Shown: positions 53,132 to 64,000 of the stretch, piece after piece
How the letters are laid out: every line of letters starts with the position of its first letter
Numbering within the stretch: the stretch's first letter is position 1
NCBI GenBank assembly: GCA_963514005.1
Contig: OY740797.1
Location: 24,986,001 to 25,050,000, forward strand
DNA: 64,000 nucleotides
Reading direction: 5' to 3'
Source of the DNA: Raja brachyura
Taxonomy: Eukaryota
Position numbers and translations under genes: made by a program
The notes under the pieces: generated by a model
What the model was told of the DNA's origin: nothing
Database searches by the model: none
The model's input: only the letters and a program-made list of their open reading frames with translations

Positions 53132-56063
53132 TATTTTATTGTCATTACACATAAGTGCAACGAGATTTGGTTTGCAACTTCGAGATTTCGGTTTGCAACC
53201 CCGAGAACAAGGTTTGTAAAAACGAACATTTGACCAGTAACATCAACACAGACTAAAGTGCGAGGCCGGGGGAGGCAGTCCATGGGGGTGTGGGGTCCTC
53301 AGCAGGACCGGTTCAGAGCCGCTATAGCTCTGGGAATGAAGCTGTTCCTGAGTCTGGTAGTTCGAACAGTCCATTACAAGGGTGAGAGGAGTCTTTATGT
53401 ATGCTGACGGCCTTCCTGAGGCAACGTTTGTGGTAGATGCCCTCCAAGGCTGGTAGCTTAGTCCCAATAATCTGTTACGCTCTGTGGACAACGCGCTGAA
53501 GAGCTCTGCTCTCCGCCTCCGTGCAGCTGAGATACCACACAGAGATGCCATACGTTAGTATGCTCTCTGTGGTGCAGCGGTAGAAGGTCGTCAGCAGCTG
53601 TTGGGGCAGACCAGTCCGTTTTTATGTTCTTAGGAAGAACAGTCATTGCTGTGCCTTTTTGACCAGTGCAGCGGTGTTGGTGGACCATGTAGGGCATCTG
53701 AGATGTGAGTGCCCAGAAACTTGAAGCTGGACACTCTCTGCACACTGTGTCCGTAGATGGAGATTGGGGCATATTCCCCATTCTGTGACCTCCTGAAGTC
53801 GATAATCAGCTCCTTGGTCTTGGAGGTGTTTAGAGACAAGTTGTTCCGTGAGCACCAGTCCGCCAGGTTCTGCACCTCCGCTCTATAGTTTGTTTCATCA
53901 CCGTTGGTGATCAGCCCGATCACCGTTGTGTCGTCTGCAAACTTGACAATGTTGTCAAATGCAGGGACACAGTCGTGGGTGAAGAGGGAGTAGAGTATGG
54001 GGCTCCGTACACAGCCCTGTGGTGTACCGGTGCTCAGGGTGATAGTGCAGGACAGGTGAGGCACCAGTCTCACTGCCTGTGGTCGCTCCGTCAGAAAATT
54101 CAGGATCCAATCACATATCAGTGAGCTGAGGACTAGCTGGTGGAGTTTGGTGGTGAGCTTGGTGGGGATGACCGTATTGAAGGCAGAGCTATAGTCAATG
54201 AAGAGCATCCTCACGTAGGTGCCCTGTTTTTCCAGGTGGGTCAGGACAGTGTGAAGAGCCACAGAGATGGCATCCTCTGTGGATCTATTTGCCCTGTATG
54301 CAAATGGATGAGAGTCCAATGATGCAGGGATGCTGGATTTGATGTGGGAGAGGACCAGCCTTTCAAAGCACTTCATTGGTATTGGAGTTAGGGCAACCGG
54401 GCGGTAGTCATTCAGGTTGGTGACTTTAGACTTTTTCGGCACCGGCACTATGGTAGCTGTCTTCAGGCACTTAGGGACCGTTGCCAGAGATAGAGACAGG
54501 TTGAAGATACTCGTAAATACCTCCGCCAGCTGTACAGCACAGTCCTTTAGTACCCTACCCTGGACTCCATCTGGGCCTGCAACCTTGCGTGGATTGATCC
54601 TACGCAGAGCGCACTGCAGCTCGTGGGTGCTCAGTGTTAAGGCCTGTCCCTCTGCCCTAGTCGGGGTTGTTCCTCTCCTGGTGGTGTTGCCAGTTTCAAA
54701 GCGGGCAAAGAATGTGTTTAATTCATTGACCAGTGTGATATCACTGTGGGGGCAGACGGGGCTGCTCTTGTAGTCAGTGATGTCGCTGACACCCTGCCAC
54801 ATGCTTCTGGTGTCCGCGGTGTTGAAGTGGTCTTCCACCCTTTGCCTGTGGATGTCTTTCACCTTTTTTATGCCTTTGTCCAGGTTTGACCTGGCAGCAC
54901 TGTAGACAGAAGTGTCCCTGGATTTAAAGGCAATTTTGCGTGCCCTTACCAGATTCTGAACGTCCTTGTTCATCCACGGTTTGCGGTTTGGGAACACGTT
55001 TATATCCTTGTCCACTGTGACAAACTCCACACAGCAGTTGATGTAGGAGAGCACAGTGGATGTGTACTCCTCCCAGTCTGCCTCTAGTAGCCTGTTGTGC
55101 AAACAGGGCCCAGTCGGTGCGATCAAAGCAGTCCTGGAGTTGTAGGGTGGCGTCCTCGGGCCATATTTTGACCGTCTTTACTCCCGAGGCAGCTACAACG
55201 GCCTACATTTAAGCAGCAGGTATTCCAGGTCTGGGGAACAGTAGCTCTCTACTGCAGTGTGGTTGGTGCACCAGTCCTTGTTGATATAGATGCAGAGCCC
55301 TCCGCCCTTGCTCTTACCAGAGTCCTTTGTTCTATCAGCACGATGCAGCGACCGATTGGTTAGGTCCACAGCCCCGTCGGGAACCAGCGCGCTGTGCCAG
55401 GTCTCTGTGAAGATCAGCACACGGCAGTCTTTCAGGGATCGCTGGGTGTTGATCCAGAGCCTCGCCTCATCCAGCTTGTTGGTAAGTGACCGGGCATTCG
55501 CGAGAAAGACACTTGGTAGTGATGGTCTTTGCGGGGCCCTCCGTAGCCTGTCCTGCACCCACGCTCGCCTTCCACGTTTCTGCTTCCTCTCCCGGCGCAT
55601 TCTCCGTATCCAACCCTCCGGGGTGGTGATCCAGGAGGCTGTTCTGCCAACCTCCATCGGGATTTTGGTGAGGGTACTGTAGTACTCACCAGCCAGTTTC
55701 TCGCAGCCACGTCAAATGTTGAGCAGTTCCATTCGGCTGCACGTGCGACCTGCCGGGATCACAGTGCAGGTACCGGATATCCCCGTCCTGGAGGTGAGTC
55801 CCTTAATGTGTTTTCGGGGGATACTGGGATTTCTAGGGATTCTAGGGGTTCGGAGGTGTTTACGTACCTTATTTCCACAGCAGCGTTCGGTACCGGGCTG
55901 CTCCGAATTGACTCGGACTGGGGAGCGCAAAGCCGCCGTGTCTGATTTTCCCGTCCTGGAGGTGAGTCCCTTACGGTGTTTTCGGGCGGTACTGGGAATT
56001 CTAGCGGGGTACTGGGGTATCTAGGGGTTGACTGGGACTGAGGAGCGCAAAGCCGCTGCGTCT
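53056..56063 (-). mobile_element. Rex1/Babar-like LINE (endonuclease start + RT, internally deleted) with (ATT)25 tail
   Basis: LANARSL, FTETW and GGGLCIYIN; 498-aa RT ORF with LFIDYSSAFNT, TGTPQGC and KFADDTT; AAT microsatellite at 53056-53130. Confidence 0.9.
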
Positions 56064-59000
56064 GATTGGAGGGTAGCTAATATTATCCCACTTTTTAAGA
56101 AAGGCAGGAGAGAGAAAACAGGGAACTATTGACCAGTTAGCCTGATAGGGAAGTGGTGGGGAGGTTAGGTGGTGGGGAAGATGCTGGAGTCAATTATAAA
56201 AGATGAAATAGCCGCATATTTGGATAGCAGTGACAGGATCGGCCAGCATGGATTTACGAAGGGGAAATCAGGCTTGACTAATCTTCTGGAATTTTTTGAA
56301 GATGTAACTAGGAAAATGGACAAGGGAGAGCCAGTGGAAGTAGTTTACCTGGACTTTCAGAAAGCATTTGATAAGGTCCCACATAGGAGATTAGTGGGCA
56401 AAATTAGGGCACATGGTATCGGGGTAGAGTGCTGACATGGATAGAAAATTGATTGGCAGACAGGAAACAAAGAGTAGGGATTAACGGGTCCCTTTCAGAA
56501 TGGCAGGCAGTAACTAGTGGGGTACCGCAAGGCTCGGTGCTGGGACCGCAGCTATTTACAATATGCATCAATGATTTGGATGAAAGGATTCAAAGTAACA
56601 TTAGCAAATTTGCAGATGGCACAAAGCTAGGTGGTAATTTGAACTGGGAGGAGGATGTTATGAGAATGCAGGGTGACTTGGACAGGTTGGGAGAGTGGGC
56701 ATATGCATGGCAGATGAAGTTTAATGTGGATAAATGTGAGGTTATCCACTTTGGTATCAAAAACAGGAAGGCATATTACTATCTAAATGGCGTCAAGTTG
56801 GGAAAAGGGGAAGTACAACGGGATCTGGGTGTCCTTGATCATCAGTCTGTGAAAGTAAGCATGCGGGTACAGCAGGCAGTGAAGAAAGCGAATCTCACGT
56901 TGGCCTTTATTACAAGAGGAGTTGAGTATAGGAGAAAATAGGTTCTTCTGCAGTCGTACAGGGCCCCAGTGAGACCACACCTGGAGTATTGTGTGCAGTT
57001 TTGGTCCACTAATTTGTGGAAGGACATTCTTGCTATTGAGGGAATGCAGCGTAGGTTTACAAGGTTAAATCCCGGGATGGCGGGACTGTCATATGCTGAG
57101 AGAATGGACCGCCTGGGCTTGTACGCGCTGGAGTTTAGAAGTATGAGAGGGGATCTTATTGAAACATATAAGATTGTTAAGGGTTTGGACACGCTAGAGG
57201 CATGTCCATGTTCCCGATGTTGGGGGAGTCCAGAACCAGGGTCCACAGTTTAAGAACAAGCGGTAAGCCATTTAGAACGGAGACGAGGAAACACTTATTC
57301 TCACAGAGAGGGGTGAGTCTGCGGAATTCTCTGCCTCAGAGGGCGTTGGAGGCAGGTTATCTGGATGCCTCAGGAGAGAGGTAAATAGGGCTCTTAAAGT
57401 TGGCGGATATGGGGAGAATGCAGGAACGATGTACTGCTTGGGGATAATCAGCCATGATCACATTGAAGGGCGGCGTTGGCTCGAAGGGCCGAATGGCCTA
57501 CTCCTGTACCTAAGGTCTATTGTCTATTGAAATGATTACCTTCTTCGTGAATCCAAGGTCTGCTGAATCACATTCACCTAAATAGATCCGTTTTATACCA
57601 TTTATACCATAGGAGGAACAATTAATTTCCCCAACATGCAGAGACTGAATGTTGTTTCCATGTTAAGCAGCGACTTTTTTTGTACTTCATCCGGTTTGAC
57701 ATTACAATTCGGTGTTCACAAATCATTCTCCTCTGCATTGGAGAAAATAAACTAGATTCTTTGATGGCTTTTCAGAGAGACCCTGAGTACCCGGTTGCGT
57801 CCCTCTCCCACTGACTATTCTGTTTACCCATCCAAATGCAAGTGAAACTGTTATAAGCACGCCCAATCATTTAAGCATATTGCAGACCGCTTCAACTTAA
57901 GTAATTGAGACTTTATTTCCGCGTGTATCATAAATGCCCATTTCTACCTCTCATCACAGTATCTCTCTTTTCACTCTCTTTTGGTATGGCATAGCCTGCA
58001 GAGTACGTCTCATTATTCATTATTAGCAACATGCTTCATAGACAAAGACCCATAACTGATGCTAACCGCAACCTTCAAGACGGGTTTATTCAGAGTTGTT
58101 TCCCTTTGTTCTATGTACTAGTCCTCCAACTTATCCGCCATCGATGGAAACACTCTTTCCTAGTTCAATGAAAGTTGTGGGACGTAAAACGTTATCTGGT
58201 TCAGTTTCCGCCGAATCGGCCATGGCGAGAAGCAAATGCTGCTTTATATTTTTTTAAAAGACACATTGTGCTAGAGTAAAGTGCAACGTGCACATCTTCT
58301 AACCTCGTCAACTGCAACCGGTGTTCCTACTGTACTTCGGCGGGACAGGGCATAGAATCGAGGACCGTTTAGCAAATATCGCGGCACTCTTCTGAACAGC
58401 AAATGTCAGATGTTATATCAAAAAGGGACTTGTGGTGCAGTTTTAGCAACAACGAAGAAGCGACCGAGGCGCTTGCGTTTAAGGTTAAAATGATGGGGCA
58501 TATTTGGAAATAGGGTATTCGTAGACGAGCATGTGGCAGTCACTGGGTAATAATTACAACACATAGGAACATTTAATATGTAATGGATGGGAGAGAAGGA
58601 GAGGCACGTTTATTTCAAACACGATGGAAAGGCAAACACAATTACAATGACAACGCCCAGAAGACATTTCGACAGGTATACAGAAAGGAAAAATAGAGAG
58701 TGATACGGGACTCGCAAGCAAATGAGTTTAGCGAAGACATGAATCACAACTGTTGTGGCTGGCACAGCTACACCAAGGCTTGTTGCACTGTTATACGATT
58801 CTGCGATTCTCTGATAGGACGGTTCTATAACCAGCTATAGTTTCTCGGCATTTTCGGGTTTTTTTGCTAATAGTTCCTTTAATTTTACCGCTAACGTGTC
58901 AAGAATAGGACATAGTACTTTGGAGAAGGGTTGGTGGCGTCCCAAGATGGATCTATCTTATATACTAAATACGTCTTGTGACGTTGGTGGCACATTCCAA

Positions 59001-59544
59001 ACAATTAATGGCCGACATTAATATTCAAAGCTTTCCTTTTCGCATTAAACGTCATTTTCTATCTGGCTACTAGTATTTTCGGATGGCCGACTTCTTTCAG
59101 TTTCGACATATGTGGAAGACTTTTAATTTTCTGTTCTGATATAAAACTGCAGCCACTAGCATGGAGATCATTAGTAAACTCAGCAAAGACAAGATTCGTC
59201 TGGATGGATGGAAAATATGTGTATGCATCACGGAACATGACATGCACTTCCATCAGATTGTTTCCAGAATTTATCCCGAAGCTCATTTCTGATCAGCTGA
59301 AATTGGGTCATTTCGTATCGGACGTCATTTCCTTCAGCCCACGTCAAATCGCGTACCATTTCTTTCATGCAGAGACATGGTAATGCATTGTGCAACATGT
59401 TCCATTTGACCAAGTCTTTCGAACAGAAAGGTTAACTCTATTTCTCTTTATCCAGATCATACTTTACTTACATGCTGCTTTCAGCAATTCCTGAGTGAAT
59501 TTCCGATTTCCAATATCTAGGACGTATGATTTTCATGGTTCAGT

Positions 59545-59599
59545 ATGCCTCTTCGCGATGTGGTTCTGTTGTTATCGTCGCTCTTGATTATAAATGCAG
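59545..59599 (+). CDS. Gene C exon 1: signal peptide (MPLRDVVLLLSSLLIINA)
   Basis: ATG 59545, 55 nt, hydrophobic core, donor G|GTATTT, phase 1. Confidence 0.85.
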
Positions 59600-59764
59600 G
59601 TATTTCTCGATTTTTCTTTTGTTTTCATCTTCTTACTGACCTACACCCTCTGTGATCAACACCCTATATTGAACGCACATACACTTTCACGCATCTTTTA
59701 AAAGTACGATTAATTGTCTGTCCTCGTCTGTTATGGGATATTTTTTGATTTTCTTCTGCTACAG

Positions 59765-60085
59765 TGGCCGTTGATGCTCACTACCAAGTCGATCAATCTC
59801 CTTCGAGCCAACACGTGATCTTATATTCAAATACCACTCTCTATTGCATTATTGGACTATCGCAAAATAGTCCACCTGTGGAAATTTATTGGTGGAAACT
59901 TGGCGAACAGAACTTTCTGCAAGCAGCCTCTGACAGTAGGAAGATATTTGTTCGTTTTACACAAGGTGGAGCCTCCTTGCATCTATTGAATATCCATGCA
60001 GATGATGCTGGAGTCTATTACTGTGGAGTGGGAATACAGGGAAACGAGATTGTGAATGGATCTGGCTCCAGAATCAAAGTCTTCG
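59765..60085 (+). CDS. Gene C exon 2: Ig V-set (VJ-type) domain
   Basis: ctgctacAG acceptor, G|GTATGT donor, 321 nt. VDQSP, TLYC, IYWWK, DAGVYYC and J-like NGSGSRIKV. Confidence 0.92.
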
Positions 60086-60974
60086 GTATGTGTAACAGTA
60101 TAAGCAAACGTGCTACAAGATGGAGATGTTATTCTATTATTGTTCAATTCTATAATTCGGGAAAGCAATGTGGCCAGGATTTCCATTCGAAGTACCCATG
60201 TTCTATGTAATATTACAACTTAAGATCCCAGGACAACTGTCTAATTGGTTGGTTTGTTTGCTGTAAATATGAGGATGTTGCTCCAAATTCAGCGAAACAC
60301 AGATTCCAACACAGTTACTATCTTGAGCAGTACTTTCCGAGGCCGATTAATGCGATATAATATCTGCACTGGGTGGGAGATTTAAAGCTGGAAGAGAGGA
60401 GGGGCAAGACAAAACTTTGGATGTAATAGACCGGCACAGTTGGGAAGCATTTCTTTGGACCATTTTATTTCCAACTGCCGGTGCGGCATTAACCGTCGCC
60501 CTGTTACGGTCACTTCTCCCGTCTCCAACATTCTCCCTCATCGTGGACCCGCCCTGCCGGCCTTCTATCTTCGCTGGATTTGTTTTAATATCCAACGCGG
60601 TATCAAATTGCCGGAGCGGTATCTAATGTCTCCTCATCTCCCCCCAGTAAATGTAAATGGCTACACCTAATATTCCTGTGGGTTTTTTTTTAATTTACCA
60701 ATTAATTTATTCTTACTTCAAGAAAACTAGGTAATATATGGCGCTCAGTCTGGGGTTTGAAAAAAAGCAAATCCGTAAAAGTTGCGAATTAGTTAAAGAT
60801 AAACTGACCATTTTTTGTAAAAACATTCAACAGAGGTAGCAATTCACACTATTCGAAAACATGGGCAACGATTGGAAGAGCTAAAATAAGGTTTTCATTC
60901 TTCTCAGATGCTTGCTGTCGTTGCTCATTAAGGCGTTTATTTTTAAAGGATGTGTACAGAATCAGATTGCACGG

Positions 60975-62425
60975 CTGATGACGACTGCATCTATGCTACC
61001 TCCTACAGCCATGCAGAACTCACTGACTTCATCCATTTCACCACCAACTTCCATCCGGCACTGAAATTCACCTGGACAATTTCCGATATCTCCCAACCGT
61101 TTCTAGACGTCACTATCTCCACCGCAGGCAACAGACTAATGACCGACATCTACTACAAACCCACTGAATCCCATGGCTATCTGGACTACACTTCTCCCCA
61201 CCCTGCTTTCTGTAAGGACTCTATCCCCTACTCCCAATTCCTCATTCTACGCCGCATCTGCACCTAGGATGAGATCTTCCAAACCAGGGCATCGGATAGT
61301 CCTCATTCTTTAGGAAACGGGGGTTCCCGTCTTCGTCTACAGACGAGGCTCTCACCAGGGTCTCCTCCATATCCCGTAGCTCCGCTCTCATTCCCCATCC
61401 CGCCCACTCATAACAAGGACAGAGTCCCCTTTGTCCTCACCTTCCACCCTACCGGCCGTCACATACAACAGATAATCCACCGACATTTTCGCCACGTCCA
61501 ACGGGATTCCACAACTGGACACACCTTCCCATCTCCTCCACTTTTGGCTTTCATAGAAACATAGAAACATAGAAAATAGGTGCAGGAGTAGGCCATTCGG
61601 CCCTTCGAGCCTGCACCGCCATTCAATGTGATCATGGCTGATCATCCAACTCAGTATCCCGTACCTGCCTTCTCTCCATACCCCCTGATCCCTTTAGCCA
61701 CAAGTGCCACATCTAACGCCCTCTTAAATATAGCCAATGAACTGGCCTCAACTACCTTCTGTGGCAGAGAATTCCAGAGACTCACCACTCTCTGTGTAAA
61801 GAATGTTTTCCTCATTTCGGTCCTAAAGGAATTCCCCCTTATCCTTAGACTGTGACCCCTTGTTCTGGACTCCCCCAACATCGGGAACAATCTCCCAGCA
61901 TCTAGCTTGTCCAACCCCTTAAGAATTTTGTAGGTTTCTATAAGATCCCCCCTCAATCTTCTAAATTCCATCGAGTACAAACCGAGTCTATCCAATCTTT
62001 CCTCATATGAAAGTCCTGACATCCCAGGAATCAGTCTGGTGAATCTTCTCTGCACTCCCTCTATGGCAATATCCCCCTTACCTAATCTGCCACCATTCAG
62101 ATAATAGTCTACCCTCATGTTTTGCCACCAAAGTGGATAACCTCACATTTATCCACATTGTACTGCACTGAGACATCTCCCTCCGTAACGCCCTGGTCAA
62201 TTCGTCGCTTCCCATCCAAACCACCCCCTCCCCCGGTACTCTCCCTTGCAACCGCAGGAAATGCTACACTTGTTGCTTTACCCCACCCCCCCCCCCCCCC
62301 CCCCCACCCCCCGCTCAATTCCATCTAGGGACCATAGCAGTCTTTCCAGGTGAGGCAGATGTTCACATGCACGTCCTCCAACCTCATCTATTGCATCCGC
62401 TGTCTCAGGTGTCAACTGCTTTACA
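60975..62425 (+). mobile_element. Penelope-like element RT/GIY-YIG fragment, interrupted by a CR1 fragment (61552-62170, - strand)
   Basis: DDCI, NFHPALKFT, FLDV, YYKPT and SIPYSQF motifs; resumes after 62170 with CNRRKCYTC and NLIYCIRC. Confidence 0.85.
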
Positions 62426-64000
62426 TAGAAATATAGAAACATAGTGTGAAAAATGTATTTCTCATCTCGGTCTTAAAGGATTTCCCCATTATCCTTAAGC
62501 TGTGACCCCTTGTCCTGGACTTCCCCAAAAACGGGAACAATCTAGCCTGTCCAACCCCATATAAATTTGGTAAGTTTCTATAAGATCCCCTTTCAATCTC
62601 CTAAATTCTAGAGAGTATAAACCGAGTCTATACAGTCTTTCTTCATAAGACAGTCTGGTGAACCTTCTCTGCACTCCCTCTATGGCAATAATGTCCTTCC
62701 TCAGATTTGGAGACCAAAACTGTACGCAATACTCCAGGTGTGGTCTCACCAAGACCCTGTACAACTGAAGTAGAACCTCCCTGCTCCTATACTCAAATCC
62801 TTTTGCTATGAAAGCTAACATACCATTCGCTTTCTTCACTGCCTGCTGCACCTGCATGCCTACTTTCAATGGCTGCTGTACCATGACACCCAGGTCCCGC
62901 TGCATCTCCCCTTTTCCTAATCGGCCGCCATTTAGATAATAGTCTGCTTTCCTATTTTTGCCACCAAAGTGGATAACCTCACATTCATCGACATTATACT
63001 GCATCTGCCAAACATTTGCCCACTCACCCAGCCTATCCAAGTCACCTTGCAGTGCATCCTCCTCACAGCAACACTGCCCCCCAGCTTAGTGTCATCCGCA
63101 AACTTGGAGATATTGCCTTCGATTCCCTCATCCAGATCATTCATATATATTGTAAATAGCTGGGGTCCCAGCACTGAGCCTTGCGGTACCCCACAAGTCA
63201 CTGCCTGCCATTGTGAAAAGGACCCGTTTACTCATACTCTTTGCTTCCTGTTTGCCAGCCAGTTCTCTATCCACATCAATACTGAATCCCCAGTGCCGTA
63301 TGCTTTGTTTGTATACTAATCTCTTATGTGGGACCTTGCCGAAAGCCTTCTGGAAGTCCAGATACACCACATCCACTGGTTCTCCCTTATCCACGCTACT
63401 AGTTACATCCTCGAAAAATTCCACAAGATTCGTCAGACATGATTTACCTTTCGTAAATCCATGCTGACTTTGTCCAATGATTTCACCACTTTCCAAATGT
63501 GCTGCTATCCCATCTTTAATAACTGACTCTAGCAGTTTCCCCACTGCCAATGTTAGACTAACTCGTCTGTAATTCCCCGTTTTCTCTCTCCCCCCCTTCT
63601 TAAAAAGAGGGATAACGTTTGCTGCCCGCCAATCCTCAGGAACTACTCCAGAATCTAAAGAGTTTTGAAAGATTATCACTAATGCATCCACTATTTACGG
63701 AGCTACTTCCTTAAGTACTCTGGGATGCAGCCTATCTGACCCTGGGGATTTATCGGCCTTTAATCCATTCAATTTACCCAACACCACTTCCCGACTAAAC
63801 TGGATTTCACTCAAATTTCTCCTTTGACCCGCGATCCCCTGCTATTTCCGGCAGATTATTTATGTCTTCCTTGGTGACGATGGAACCAAAGTAGTTATTC
63901 AACTGGTCCGCCATATCCTTGTTCCCCATGATCAACTCACCTGTTTCTGACTGCAAGGGACCTACATTTGATTTAACTAAACTCTTTCTCTTCACGGATC
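62425..64000 (-). mobile_element. CR1 LINE ORF2 fragment running off the window
   Basis: [37 protein letters not shown] and LVRPHLEYC motifs. Confidence 0.93.

Larger units (their letters stand above)
51630..57529 (+). mobile_element. 5'-truncated CR1 LINE hosting two nested insertions
   Basis: PLGCGDHN|MVRF and GSVPVD|WRVANI rejoin across the two inserts; RT ORFs at 56169-57253; TCTATTG tail. Confidence 0.9.

Noticed and set aside
52861-53283. Poly-Asn / poly-Ile ORFs
   Set aside because: Translation of the (AAT)25 retrotransposon tail.
6051-60085. Rearranging TCR/Ig locus interpretation
   Set aside because: V exons already include the G strand and a splice donor. I saw no heptamer-spacer-nonamer next to them, and gene B has an ITIM tail.
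60417-60626. Hydrophobic ORF after gene C V as a possible TM exon
   Set aside because: No convincing flanking splice sites.
950-62310. Numerous poly-G/poly-C runs
   Set aside because: Common homopolymers within repeats with unreliable lengths; no evidence of function.

Overview
This is repeat-rich vertebrate DNA, almost certainly from a cartilaginous fish (skate/ray/shark), judged from HE1-like V-SINEs, abundant CR1 LINEs, Rex1-like LINEs and Penelope-like elements. It contains a small tandem cluster of non-rearranging immunoglobulin-superfamily receptor genes. Each has a 55-nt leader exon and a germline-joined VJ-type exon. Gene A (- strand) has leader 6571-6625 and an NKp30/NCR3-like V at 6051-6374. 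A decayed paralog lies at 17441-19375. Gene B (+ strand, 22708-30389) is the only complete model: leader-V-C1-TM-cytoplasmic exons, with a transmembrane Arg and a terminal exon carrying two ITIMs. Gene C (+ strand) has leader 59545-59599 and V 59765-60085. The rest is mostly transposon debris, including several resolvable nested insertions, Penelope-type minimal hammerhead ribozyme motifs, and a 4.7-kb polypurine tract spanning an assembly gap. Exon models come from splice signals and phase only, and repeat boundaries are approximate unless a junction is quoted.
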